A DNA stretch of 64,000 bases, from the NCBI GenBank assembly GCA_045807765.1, contig JBJMGU010000120.1:778-64777 (forward strand), written 5' to 3'. The stretch comes from Blastocatellia bacterium (GTDB lineage: Bacteria; Acidobacteriota; Blastocatellia; UBA7656). A program made the translations under genes and the position numbers. The notes beneath the pieces are model-generated. The model was given only the letters and a program-made list of their open reading frames with translations. It was not told the DNA's origin and ran no database searches. Positions 1-9,486 of the stretch are shown piece by piece (the stretch's first letter is position 1; every line of letters starts with the position of its first letter).

Positions 1-1
1 C

Positions 2-667
2 GGGCGCAAGCCTTTCCTGACCGAGTTGCGCGAAGGCTTGCGCTACATCCGCGCGACGCCGTTTGTGCGCGCCGTGATTCTGGTGAACATCGGCTGGGGG
101 ACGGGCGGCGGCATGAACAGCCTCCTCTTTGACCAGATCGGCGGTCACGTCTTCAGCGGCGGTGACCGCGGCGACTGGAACGTGGCGATGCTGTTTACGG
201 CGGGCGGTGCAGGCGTCTTCTTCGGGATGCTGCTATCGCGGCGCATCGCCGCCTGGGTGAGCGACGAACAGCGCGCCGGTCACTTCATCGGCTGGGCGCT
301 GCTGCTGCACGGCGTCTTGTTCGCTATGGGCGGCTGGATGCCGACGCTGCTGCTGATGTCGCTGTGGATTGCCGCCAGCCGCCTGGTGCTGGGCGCCGAG
401 TTCGGCGTTCAGGAGACGATGATGATGCGAGTGATCCCGGACGATTATCGCGGTCGGGTCTTCACCACCGACCGCTCGCTTGAGCTGGCAACGATGGCCA
501 TCTCGACCATCGTCGCCGGCTGGCTGCTGACGCACTTCAGCCCGCGCGTGATGATGGTCGCGTCGGGGCTGTTGTCGGCGAGCCCGGGCCTCTTCTGGTT
601 ATTGGCCATGTGGGCCGCGCGCTTCCGTGTACCGGCGCGCGCGGTGCGCGAAAGTTACGGCGACTAG
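2..667 (+). CDS. MFS-family transporter, C-terminal part (5' end outside window)
   Basis: The frame is open from nt 2, and the track's M at 26 is a TTG. The product is a run of hydrophobic helices (LLMSLWIAASRLVLGAEFGVQETMMMRVIPDDYRGRVFTTDRSLE) typical of MFS permeases. Confidence 0.6.
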   Translation, partial: GRKPFLTELREGLRYIRATPFVRAVILVNIGWGTGGGMNSLLFDQIGGHVFSGGDRGDWNVAMLFTAGGAGVFFGMLLSRRIAAWVSDEQRAGHFIGWALLLHGVLFAMGGWMPTLLLMSLWIAASRLVLGAEFGVQETMMMRVIPDDYRGRVFTTDRSLELATMAISTIVAGWLLTHFSPRVMMVASGLLSASPGLFWLLAMWAARFRVPARAVRESYGD

Positions 668-718
668 CCGCCTTCTTCGAGGAGCGTGGTGAGTCGCCAA
701 TGGAAAGGAGACGCAGCG

Positions 719-880
719 ATGAACATTCTCGCTTTGATACTGTTGGCGACGCTCAGTTGCGGCATCGTCGCAGTGTCGCTGCGCCTCCACGCAGGTTTCG
801 CGCGCCAGCGCGGCCTGCGCTCGGAGAGCCCAACCGATTGGGCGATGCGCAGCGGCGCGACGCAGCCGCTTGAATGGTAA
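719..880 (+). CDS. Small membrane protein (53 aa), hypothetical
   Basis: ATG at 719 with GGAGA 7 nt upstream. One hydrophobic helix (ILALILLATLSCGIVAVSL). Followed directly by a strong intrinsic terminator. Confidence 0.45.
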   Translation: MNILALILLATLSCGIVAVSLRLHAGFARQRGLRSESPTDWAMRSGATQPLEW

Positions 881-885
881 CCGAC

Positions 886-943
886 CGCCGCGAAAGTAGC
901 GGCTCCGACTCTGTGAGCTTCGCTACTTTCGCGGCGTTTTCTC
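886..943 (+). terminator. Rho-independent terminator
   Basis: 16-bp perfect stem CGCCGCGAAAGTAGCG / CGCTACTTTCGCGGCG followed by TTTTCTC. Confidence 0.8.
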
Positions 944-995
944 TGGTGCCGCCGCCTTCCACACACTTCCTGAAGTGATTCGATTCTGCGCTTGC

Positions 996-1025
996 TTGAC
1001 TCTCTATTCGCCGGTTTGCTCTAAT
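996..1025 (+). promoter_or_regulatory. Candidate sigma70-type promoter for the HMGL-like gene
   Basis: TTGACT at 996-1001, then a 17-18 nt spacer, then CTCTAA/TCTAAT about 20 nt before the ATG at 1045. Confidence 0.3.
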
Positions 1026-1044
1026 CCTCAAGGGAAGTCGCCGT

Positions 1045-2262
1045 ATGAATAAAGACGAATTGATTTATGATTGGAACGTTGTCGGACGCAAGGAGGCCGC
1101 AGCGCGCCGCGTCGAGCTGAATGACGAATCGTTGCGCGATGGCTTGCAGTCGCCTTCAGTGATTGACCCGCCCATCGAGCAGAAGATCAACCTGCTCCAC
1201 CTGATGGATTCGCTCGGCATTCATAGCGCAGACATCGGGCTGCCGGGCGCCGGGCCGCGCGCCGTCGCCGACGTGACGCGGCTCGCTGAAGAGATCGTCG
1301 CCTGTAAGCTCGACATCCAGCCGAACTGTGCCGCTCGCACAGTGCTTGCCGACATCATTCCCATTGTCGAAATCTCGCAGAAGGTCGGCATCCCCATCGA
1401 AGCCTGCACCTTCATCGGCTCAAGCCCGATTCGCCAATACGCCGAAGGCTGGTCGCTTGAGATGATGCTGACGGCGACCGAAGAGGCGGTGAAGTTTGCA
1501 ACCTCGCACGGGCTGCCGGTGATGTACGTGACCGAAGACACGACGCGGGCGCATCCCGACACCGTGCGCGCGCTCTATCGCACAGCCATCGAAGCGGGAG
1601 CGCGGCGCATCTGCGTCTGCGATACCGTCGGCCACGCCACGCCCGAAGGCGTGCGCGCCTTGATCGCCTACGTCAAAGAGATCGTTCGCGAGGTCGGGCC
1701 GGACTTCGAGATCAAGATAGACTGGCATGGCCACCAGGATCGCGGCCTCGGCGTCATCAACACGCTTGCCGCGTTTGAAGCGGGCGCCGACCGCTTGCAT
1801 GGCACAGCGCTCGGCATTGGCGAGCGCGTCGGCAATACGCCAATGGATCAATTGCTGGTCAACCTCAAGCTGATGGGCTACATCGATAACGACCTGACGA
1901 ACCTGACACGCTACTGCGAAGCGGCGAGCGCGGCCACAGGCGTGCCGATCCCTGTCAGCTACCCTGTCGTGGGCCGCGACGCGTTCCGCACGGCGACGGG
2001 TGTGCATGCGGCAGCGGTCATCAAAGCATTTCGCAAAGGCGACGACTGGCTTGCCGATGCCGTCTATTCGGGCGTGCCGGCGCGCGCCTTTGGTCGCGAG
2101 CAGGAGATTGAAATCGGCCCAATGAGCGGCAAATCGAATGTCATCTTCTGGCTCGAACGCCACGGCATCGAGCCGACCGCAGAGCGCGTCGAGCGTCTCT
2201 TTGGTCGCGCCAAACTGAGTGCCTCGGTGCTAACCACCGACGAAATTATGCAGAGCATCTGA
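1045..2262 (+). CDS. 2-isopropylmalate synthase / homocitrate synthase family (HMGL-like aldolase domain) protein
   Basis: N-terminal LNDESLRDGLQSP motif, later DTVGHATP and HGHQDRGLGVINTLAAFEAGA, typical of the LeuA/NifV/HMGL TIM-barrel. No long LeuA regulatory domain. Confidence 0.75.
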   Translation: MNKDELIYDWNVVGRKEAAARRVELNDESLRDGLQSPSVIDPPIEQKINLLHLMDSLGIHSADIGLPGAGPRAVADVTRLAEEIVACKLDIQPNCAARTVLADIIPIVEISQKVGIPIEACTFIGSSPIRQYAEGWSLEMMLTATEEAVKFATSHGLPVMYVTEDTTRAHPDTVRALYRTAIEAGARRICVCDTVGHATPEGVRALIAYVKEIVREVGPDFEIKIDWHGHQDRGLGVINTLAAFEAGADRLHGTALGIGERVGNTPMDQLLVNLKLMGYIDNDLTNLTRYCEAASAATGVPIPVSYPVVGRDAFRTATGVHAAAVIKAFRKGDDWLADAVYSGVPARAFGREQEIEIGPMSGKSNVIFWLERHGIEPTAERVERLFGRAKLSASVLTTDEIMQSI

Positions 2263-2411
2263 TTGCGGATTGCGGATTTAAGAGAGCGCGCCATTAACAA
2301 CGGACTACAGGTTGATTGGATTCTAATAGACCATCGTGAAAAATTTCATCAAGAGCGACACCCCCGAATCAACGGCGCGGGTTCCAGAATCCGCAACCCG
2401 CAATCCGCAAT
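2262..2411. repeat. Inverted arms made of tandem heptamers (ATTGCGG)n separated by about 110 nt
   Basis: Left arm ATTGCGGATTGCGGATT (2262-2278). Right arm AATCCGCAACCCGCAATCCGCAAT (2388-2411), which is the reverse complement with three units. Confidence 0.7.
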
Positions 2412-3601
2412 CGCGGGCTCTGCTCTACGCGCCGCAGGTGCGCCGCGCCTTCGCTTTCATCGAAGCCAGCGACAGCGAAACCCACGACGAGATGATGCGC
2501 ATCTGCGAAATTCCGGCACCGCCATTCAAAGAGCATGCCCGCGCCGCTTATCTCAAGCGCCGCTTTGAAGAGATCGGCCTCAAGCATGTGCGCACAGACG
2601 CCGAAGGCAATGTGATCGCCGAGCGACCGGGCCGCAGCGCCGCGCCTGCCATCGTCATCGCCGCGCACCTTGATACGGTCTTCCCCGAAGGCACAGACGT
2701 GCGCGTGCGCCGCGACGGCTCACGCTACTACGCGCCCGGCATCAGCGATAACACCTCAGGCGTTGTCAGCTTGATCGCGCTGGCGCGAGCGCTCGAAGCG
2801 GCACAGGTCGCCACCACCGGCACGATCCATTTCGTCGGCACTGTCGGTGAAGAAGGCGAAGGCAACCTGCGCGGCGTGCGTCACCTGTTCACGGCGGGCG
2901 ACTTTCGTGCCGATGTTGAAGCCTTCATCTCGATTGATGGGCCGGGGGTCGAGCGCATCACGACGCGGGCGCTCGGCTCGCGTCGCTATCGCGTGACGGT
3001 CACAGGGCCGGGCGGCCATTCGTGGGGCGACTTCGGCATCGTCAACCCGGTGCATGCGCTGGGCCGCGCGATTGCCCGCTTTGCCGCCTACCCGGCGCCG
3101 ATGGCGCCGCGCACCTCGTTCAACGTCGGCATCATCGAAGGCGGCAACTCGGTCAATTCGATTCCGCAGCGCGCCAGCATGATCGTTGACATGCGCTCGG
3201 TGTCGAGCGAAGAGATCGATAAGCTGGAAGTTTATTTGCGGCGCGTCGTCGAGCTAGGCTTGCGCGAAGAGAATGCGCAGCGGGCGATGAGCGGCACGAT
3301 GCTGGCCGTCGAGCTTGAGCAGATTGGCGACCGGCCTTCGGGCGAAACGCCGGTGAGCGCGCCCATCGTCCAGGCGGCGATTGACTGCTCGCGCGCCTTA
3401 GGCATCGAGCCGCGCCTCGACTGTTCTTCGACCGACTCGAACATCCCCATCTCGATGGGCCTGCCGGCCATCACGGTCGGCGCCGGCGGCCTGTCAAGCA
3501 ACTGCCACACACTCGGCGAATGGTATGAGCCGACGGGCCGCGAGCTTGGCTTAAAGCGACTGCTGCTGCTCACTGTCATGCTCGCCGGGCTGGTGAATTA
3601 A
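2336..3601 (+). CDS. M20-family metallopeptidase (peptidase T / ArgE-DapE-like)
   Basis: IAAHLDTVFPEG, PGISDNTSGVV and GTVGEEGEGNLRGVRHL motifs. The start (GTG 2336) is uncertain because it lies inside the repeat-flanked spacer. Confidence 0.8.
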   Translation: MKNFIKSDTPESTARVPESATRNPQSRALLYAPQVRRAFAFIEASDSETHDEMMRICEIPAPPFKEHARAAYLKRRFEEIGLKHVRTDAEGNVIAERPGRSAAPAIVIAAHLDTVFPEGTDVRVRRDGSRYYAPGISDNTSGVVSLIALARALEAAQVATTGTIHFVGTVGEEGEGNLRGVRHLFTAGDFRADVEAFISIDGPGVERITTRALGSRRYRVTVTGPGGHSWGDFGIVNPVHALGRAIARFAAYPAPMAPRTSFNVGIIEGGNSVNSIPQRASMIVDMRSVSSEEIDKLEVYLRRVVELGLREENAQRAMSGTMLAVELEQIGDRPSGETPVSAPIVQAAIDCSRALGIEPRLDCSSTDSNIPISMGLPAITVGAGGLSSNCHTLGEWYEPTGRELGLKRLLLLTVMLAGLVN

Positions 3602-3623
3602 TTCTGACCTGAACTGTAGACGA

Positions 3624-4178
3624 TCAAGGCTGTGACGACGTCGGTGGCTTATGCGGCGGTTGCTGGGCAGAGGGCTGCGGCGGTGGCGGCTCCTGTGACT
3701 TCGGCGTCTGCGCGGCATTGATGTAGGCAAGAATCTCTTTGCGCACTTCTGCGTAAGGCTTGTCTATCGGGTGGTTGTTGGCGTCGCGCCAGCCCCTGAC
3801 GATGTCGTTAACGATCAGGAACTGGCCGTATTGAAAATTGAGGGTGCGAAAGAGGCTGTCTTCCGGCTCCAGAAAGACGAGCATCTCCTGTTCGTTGGTG
3901 TAACTGTCTTCGGCGCAGCGCACAATCGAGAGCGCCAGGACGTTCAGCTCTTTCAGCGTGAAGTCGCCTTCGATGACATCAACCGGTTGCAGCAGCGCCA
4001 CCTGATTGTACGAGCCGCGATAGTTCGCCTTACTGGTTTTGCGAACTCGGACGCGCCCGATCCATGTGGCGTTGCGCGTCAACTCGTCGGCGGACATGAG
4101 GCGTAAACAATTGCGCGATTGCGCGAATCCTGGGAGCACCAGCAGGGACAGCGCGATAAAGACGATTGCGTTTCTCAT
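3624..4178 (-). CDS. Secreted hypothetical protein with Pro/Gln-rich C-terminus
   Basis: N-terminal signal peptide (MRNAIVFIALSLLVLPGFAQ). C-terminal QEPPPPQPSAQQPPHKPP tail. No recognisable domain. Confidence 0.5.
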   Translation of the reverse strand: MRNAIVFIALSLLVLPGFAQSRNCLRLMSADELTRNATWIGRVRVRKTSKANYRGSYNQVALLQPVDVIEGDFTLKELNVLALSIVRCAEDSYTNEQEMLVFLEPEDSLFRTLNFQYGQFLIVNDIVRGWRDANNHPIDKPYAEVRKEILAYINAAQTPKSQEPPPPQPSAQQPPHKPPTSSQP

Positions 4179-4276
4179 GTATGGGCCAGTTACTCCTCCC
4201 CAAAGTTACTAATGCTAACACACGCCTTGCGGCGGACGGAAGTTCCTTTTTATCCGCTAATTCATGAGCCCTACGA

Positions 4277-4954
4277 TTATTCGATTGGCGGCTGAAGCTC
4301 TGGAACCGTAAGGCCGCGAGCGCGGCGTGATCGTAGGATGTTGAAGACAATCAGCAGGGTTGCAACAATGGCAACCGCCAGCAGGACTTTCAAGCCATGC
4401 CGCTTGATCTGTTCACCCGCTCCCTCGCCACCAAGCCAGATGGCCAGCAAGCCTTCGATTGAGAAGCGCACCAGGCGGCCCGCGAAGACGGCGATGATGA
4501 AGCGCGACAGCTTCAGCTTGAAGACGCCCGCCGACAGCACAAACGGCTTAAAGGGAAATGGCGGCGGCAGAATCGCTGTCGCCATGATGGCCAGCATATC
4601 ATAGCGCCCGAGCAGGTTTTCGATGCGGGCGCGCCGCGCCGGCTCGATCTTGCGGAGTGCCAGCATACCGGCGCGCCGCGCCACCCAGTACATGAATGTG
4701 CAGCCGATGGTCGAGCCGAGGCTCGCGGCGACAGCGTAAAGCGGCATCAGCGCATGGCTTCTGGCGCTCAACAGAATCATCACGGCATCCGGCCCGCCCG
4801 GCAGCGGCAAGCCCGCCGAATCGATCAGCGAGATGGCAAACAGGCCGAGCGGCCCCAGCGTCACCAGCCATTCGCCGAACGTTTGCAAGCTCTGTTTGAT
4901 CCCCAGCAGGTTAAAGAGAAGTTTGTTCATTCGTCCGTCTATCTCGAATCGCAA
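4277..4954 (-). CDS. DedA/YqaA-type (VTT domain) membrane protein
   Basis: Multi-TM protein with LGLFAISLIDSAGLPLPGGPDAVMILL, typical of the SNARE-associated/DedA family. Confidence 0.65.
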   Translation of the reverse strand: MRFEIDGRMNKLLFNLLGIKQSLQTFGEWLVTLGPLGLFAISLIDSAGLPLPGGPDAVMILLSARSHALMPLYAVAASLGSTIGCTFMYWVARRAGMLALRKIEPARRARIENLLGRYDMLAIMATAILPPPFPFKPFVLSAGVFKLKLSRFIIAVFAGRLVRFSIEGLLAIWLGGEGAGEQIKRHGLKVLLAVAIVATLLIVFNILRSRRARGLTVPELQPPIE

Positions 4955-4972
4955 TTGCGCGATTGTATTCCA

Positions 4973-6184
4973 TCATTCAGCTTGCGAGCGGCTGCTAATC
5001 TGCGCCTGCGGAAAGTAGAAGCGCAGTATCTCTTCATAGCGCCGCCCGCTGCGCGCCTGCGCCACGGCGCCGGCCAGACACAAGCCGACCTGGCTGCCAA
5101 AGCCACGGCCACGAAAAATCATCTGAGCGCCGCGCCGCGTCACGATGAAGCTGCCGCTCAAGACCACGTTCCAGCCGAGCCGCCGCCCGGTGGCGCGGCG
5201 AAATTCGTCGCCGCTCATCGTCCACTCGCGCCCGCTGTCGCGTATGCTCACGGCGCGCACAAAGCCGGCGTCGTCGCCGTCAACCGCGATCTCTGTGCCC
5301 GGTGAAAGCGGCGCGCCAAGAGCCGCCGCCAGCGCGTTGATAATGGCTCGCGCGTCAATCTGCCGCGCCCAGCGGTAATGGCTCGAAGCGCGGCACCATT
5401 CACAGCGCTGCCGGCGGTAAGGATAAGCACACACGCCGCCCCAGACCATCTGCGGCGTCGCCGTCAGGCCGCCACACGAGGCGCTGAAGTAAGTTTCAAC
5501 CGGCTCGCCCGCAAAGCTCAGATGCTCACCGGCGGTTGCGGCAACGGCACTCAAAACCACGGGGCGCGCGGCTTCAGCAGCCAGATCGCTCTCGCCGCGA
5601 TAGAGCTGGCAGTGCGTCGTGTCACAAAAATCAAAGCCGTCGGCGGTGTGCCGGCTCGGATGCGAAAGCATATAAGTCCGCACGACGATGGCCAGCGCCT
5701 TTAAGGCTTCGGGCGCACGCGCCTCGGTCTCGGCGGCGACGATGGAAGCGACTGCCGCTTCGCGGTCGGTCGTCAGGATGATCTTCAACGCGCCGCGCAG
5801 ACTCTTGTCGCCTGCGGCGATCAATAGGTCGCCGCGCACCGTGCGGCGCAGCTTGCCCGGCAGCGTTAGCTCCAGCGTCGCCTCTGGACCGGCGTGCAGC
5901 CGCGCTTCTGCGGCGTTGAAAGTTTGACGGGTGCCGCCGCGCGCATCGCTTATGGTCACCTGCAACTGCTCGCCAACCAGTTGCAAGCGCACGCGGCTGC
6001 CGGCGCTGAGCTGGCGACTGCCGGTCAGGCGGTTAAGATCAATCGTTGCGCCGTCGCCCGAAACCACCCGCGCTTCGACGACCTGCGGCTTAAACAGGCT
6101 GAACAACCCCATGCGCACGGTCTCGGCGCGCGCATGGGGCGCGGCCAGGATCATCAAGGCAACGGCGGCAAGCAGTCTCGGCAT
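4973..6184 (-). CDS. SpoIID/LytB domain protein
   Basis: Signal peptide, ALKALAIVVRTYMLSH...FDFCDTTHCQLYRG and SASCGGLT motifs characteristic of SpoIID-type lytic transglycosylase/amidase enhancers. Confidence 0.8.
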   Translation of the reverse strand: MPRLLAAVALMILAAPHARAETVRMGLFSLFKPQVVEARVVSGDGATIDLNRLTGSRQLSAGSRVRLQLVGEQLQVTISDARGGTRQTFNAAEARLHAGPEATLELTLPGKLRRTVRGDLLIAAGDKSLRGALKIILTTDREAAVASIVAAETEARAPEALKALAIVVRTYMLSHPSRHTADGFDFCDTTHCQLYRGESDLAAEAARPVVLSAVAATAGEHLSFAGEPVETYFSASCGGLTATPQMVWGGVCAYPYRRQRCEWCRASSHYRWARQIDARAIINALAAALGAPLSPGTEIAVDGDDAGFVRAVSIRDSGREWTMSGDEFRRATGRRLGWNVVLSGSFIVTRRGAQMIFRGRGFGSQVGLCLAGAVAQARSGRRYEEILRFYFPQAQISSRSQAE

Positions 6185-6272
6185 GAGTGATGCATCAGCC
6201 CCGCAAGCAACAAGCCCGGCGAGATCACCGTCTGCCGGGCTTGACGCTTGCAGAAACGTTTGGTTATTCGGA

Positions 6273-7463
6273 TTACTTTTCGATGGCCTTCAGCGGCGCG
6301 GTGGTCAACCCGCCATCGCTGGCCGCGGCCTCGGCGGCGCGTTCGCCTTCTTCCAATTCCCACATCTCTTTGTAGCGCTCACGGTACGGATCAACCAGCG
6401 CCCCGCCTTCCTCTTTGGTGAAGACGAGCTTGCCGGTGGCGCCGTCGAAATCGATGACCACGAGGTCGCCGGTCGCCACCTGCTTGGTCGCCACCAGATT
6501 CGAGATCGGGTAGACCAGGAAGCGCTCGATGGCGCGCTTCAGATGACGCGCACCGTACTTGAAGTCTATGCCTTCGTCGAGCAGAAAGGTCTTAGCTTCG
6601 TCCGTGCAGTTGAAGACGAATTTATCGCCGGTGCCGCGCATGATGCGGCTCTGCACCTGCGACAGCTCAAGCTCAAGAATTTGCCGCAGATGATGTGCTT
6701 TGAGGCTGCGGAAGACCACCACTTTATCGATGCGGTTCATGAATTCGGGCGAGAACTTGCGCTTGGCGGCCTCCGAAGCGGTGCGATAGATCTTCTGATC
6801 AACGTCATCTTCGATCATGCCTTTGCCGCGCGCCGGCGCAAAGCCAATCGAGCCGGTGATCAATTCGCTCATCTCTTTCGCGCCCAAGTTCGAGGTCAGA
6901 AAGATCATGCAGCGCGAAAAGTCTACGCGGCGGTTGTCGCCTAAGGTCAGCGTCGCTTTGTCGAGAATGCCCAGGAGCAACTGCCAGAGCGCGTCGCTCG
7001 CTTTTTCGATCTCGTCAAACAGCACAAAGGTCAGCTTGTCGTTGTCCGTGTGGTATTTGTCGAGGTTTTCTTGCGTCAGCATCGGCGCAGTCTCGCGGTG
7101 GCCGAGGTAGCCTGGAGGCGAGCCGATCAGCTTGGCGATTTCGTGCGAGTGCTGAAACTCTGCGCAATCGATCTTGACGACGGCGTTGTTGTCATTGAAC
7201 AGCACTTCGGCTGCCGCTTCGACAACGCGCGTCTTGCCCGAACCGGTCGGCCCCAAAAACAGCATCGTGCCGATGGGGCGGCCAGGGTGCTGCATTCCCG
7301 CGAGGTAAATTTGATAGAGGCCGGAGATGCGGCGCACGGCGCGCTCCTGACCGACGATCAGCCCCGCCAGCTTGGTTTCGAATTCCTGCGCGCGGGGGCT
7401 TTTCAGATCGGGATTGAGCGGTACGCGATTATTTGTATTCGTTCTTAGTTCTTGCACGTCCAT
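6273..7463 (-). CDS. AAA+ ATPase, Clp/Hsp100 D2-type module only (AAA_2 plus ClpB_D2-small)
   Basis: Walker A GPTGSGKTRVVEAAAE, Walker B FVLFDEIEKA, sensor/ClpB-D2-small GARHLKRAIERF. The likely start is the internal ATG at 7463 with GGAG upstream. No N-domain or D1 module. Confidence 0.75.
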   Translation of the reverse strand: MDVQELRTNTNNRVPLNPDLKSPRAQEFETKLAGLIVGQERAVRRISGLYQIYLAGMQHPGRPIGTMLFLGPTGSGKTRVVEAAAEVLFNDNNAVVKIDCAEFQHSHEIAKLIGSPPGYLGHRETAPMLTQENLDKYHTDNDKLTFVLFDEIEKASDALWQLLLGILDKATLTLGDNRRVDFSRCMIFLTSNLGAKEMSELITGSIGFAPARGKGMIEDDVDQKIYRTASEAAKRKFSPEFMNRIDKVVVFRSLKAHHLRQILELELSQVQSRIMRGTGDKFVFNCTDEAKTFLLDEGIDFKYGARHLKRAIERFLVYPISNLVATKQVATGDLVVIDFDGATGKLVFTKEEGGALVDPYRERYKEMWELEEGERAAEAAASDGGLTTAPLKAIEK

Positions 7464-7933
7464 CACTCCGCAAACCAGACGAGAACTACCCTCGGCGACA
7501 CGCGCGGCAAACGACCGGCGGTAACCACAGGCGAGATTCTCGGTTGGCAAACAACGATTGATTCTTCTGGATGCGACACAGCTTTAAGACGCTGGAGTAT
7601 CGTCTCAGGAATAATTATAACCCTGGACTTGCACGGCCTGCCACAAACGATGTCGCTACGTTTTCGGGGCTACTCTCTCCCTGCCTTTTATGCCATTGCG
7701 TCGGGGTTTGTCAAGAAGATTGTGGAAGATATGCCCGGCGCTCTGTTTTGCTCGGATAGATTCGGCACAAATCAGCCCGCTTGAAACGTCTTCGCGCGAC
7801 AGACAACCTTGAACGGCCATCTTCGTGAATCGCCGCACGAATGACAGCGCCGCATCTCGCGCTTTGATGACGCGAGATGCGGTGCCACCTGCTTGCAGGC
7901 AGTCAAGACGGCTCGGCACAGTTCACGTCCTGC

Positions 7934-9001
7934 TTACGGGACGGATGTGATCTTGCCGAACAGCCCATGCTCTTCGTCGTCGATGCCGGCGGTGAAATAG
8001 AGCGTGGTTGTCGGCCCGGCGCTGCCCCCATTGCCGAAGCCCAGAGCCCAGAGCCCATCAATGGTTATCGGCTGGTTGCTGGTATCGAGCAGAAAGCCGT
8101 GGAAGTTTCCGGTCTTCAGATCGAAGACGGCAATCTGGCCGCTGCCGAACTGGCCGATCAGCACTTGGTTGCTGACGCCGAACGCACCGCCCGGCCCGCC
8201 GACGGCGGGGCCGCCGCTGAAACCCGGCGGTGGGATCACCACTCCCCACGGCGCATTCATCCACATGCCGGATTGCAGGCGCAGCAGCAGATTACCAGCC
8301 GAGTCAAAGGCATCAACATAGCCGAACCCCGGCCCGGCGACCTCGTCCTCTTTGTCGGCGTCTTGTTTGGCGTAGGCGACAAAGAGCATGCCGCCCGCCG
8401 CTTGCACATTGAAGGGGGCGAACCCTGCCGGCAGCGCCGGGTCGGAAAAGGCGCCCACCGGCAACGTCACCGGCATATAGTTTCTATCAAAGACTTCGAC
8501 CATGCCCGCGTAAAAATTGGCGGCATAAAGGTAGTTGGCGCCATTGATTTGCGCGATGGTGATCCCCTTATAGATCGCTGAACCGTTGCGGTTCACCCGC
8601 AAAACGGCGCTGGTGCCACTGCTCCAACCGGAGATCGTTCCCTCTTCGGTGTCAAAGATGAAGCGGTCGCCAAAGAAGTCTGAACCGCCGTTGAAGACGA
8701 CGCCGGTGGGCGCAGAAGGCGGCGTCCCTCCGGGCGGCACAGGGATCGTCACGACCAGCGGCACAATGCCGCCGGAGCCGTTATACAGCGTCGAAACACC
8801 GGTGCCATTATCGGCTACCCACCACGGGCTATTTGAGCTGCGGGCCAGTCCCCAGGGATTAACCAGATTCGGGTCGGTCGTCGGAGCAAGTCCCGGCACG
8901 TCCGACACCAGGTTGGTCTGTTGATAATGCTGCGCCGCGGCGCTGGTGGAAAGACAGAGGGTCATTCCAACAGTCAGCGCAAAGGTGATGACGGTCATCA
9001 T
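7934..9001 (-). CDS. Secreted beta-propeller-like protein (resembles the TIGR03118 uncharacterised family)
   Basis: The probable start MMTVITFALTVGMTLCLSTSAAAQ is a signal peptide. YQQTNLVSDVPGLAPTTDPNLVNPWGLA...WWVADNGTGVSTLY is the pattern I associate with TIGR03118. Confidence 0.6.
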   Translation of the reverse strand: MMTVITFALTVGMTLCLSTSAAAQHYQQTNLVSDVPGLAPTTDPNLVNPWGLARSSNSPWWVADNGTGVSTLYNGSGGIVPLVVTIPVPPGGTPPSAPTGVVFNGGSDFFGDRFIFDTEEGTISGWSSGTSAVLRVNRNGSAIYKGITIAQINGANYLYAANFYAGMVEVFDRNYMPVTLPVGAFSDPALPAGFAPFNVQAAGGMLFVAYAKQDADKEDEVAGPGFGYVDAFDSAGNLLLRLQSGMWMNAPWGVVIPPPGFSGGPAVGGPGGAFGVSNQVLIGQFGSGQIAVFDLKTGNFHGFLLDTSNQPITIDGLWALGFGNGGSAGPTTTLYFTAGIDDEEHGLFGKITSVP

Positions 9002-9187
9002 AAACCTTCGGGTCGAAGATAACCGATTGGCTTTGTGATCTACGGTAATTTGTTCAGGCGAGCGGAAAAGGTTGGTAAGCATGGGGGTCCCTCGACTTTC
9101 GATTAACGAAATCAAGCGTCCACCGATAGTGAGGATATAAAATTCTCCCGGAAACCCAATGGCAAGTCAATTGTAACTCGGAATTCT

Positions 9188-9448
9188 TTGCTGAAGCTGA
9201 AGTTCATCCTGGCCTCCTACAACTGCGGCCCCGGCCACGGCGACGACGCGCAACGCCTGACTGAAAAGTACGGCGGCAACCCGAAGTCGTGGGAAGATGT
9301 CCCTCACTGGCTGCTACAGAAGTCGTCGCATCAATACTCGACCGACCCGGTGGTGCGGTTCGGCTTCTGCCGCGGGCTTGAGCCGGTCAATTACGTGACC
9401 TTCATTCTCGAACGTTACAATCATTACAAACAGTTCGTCTCCGGCTGA
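9188..9448 (+). pseudogene. C-terminal remnant of an SLT/MltF-type lytic transglycosylase
   Basis: ILASYNCGPGHGDDAQRL...EPVNYVTFILERYNHY matches only the distal part of the SLT domain (the AYNAGPG region onward). The catalytic Glu region is missing and only a TTG start is available. Confidence 0.55.
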
Positions 9449-9486
9449 GACGTTCTTCTTCCATGCCGGCGGGCATTGTAGGCCGT

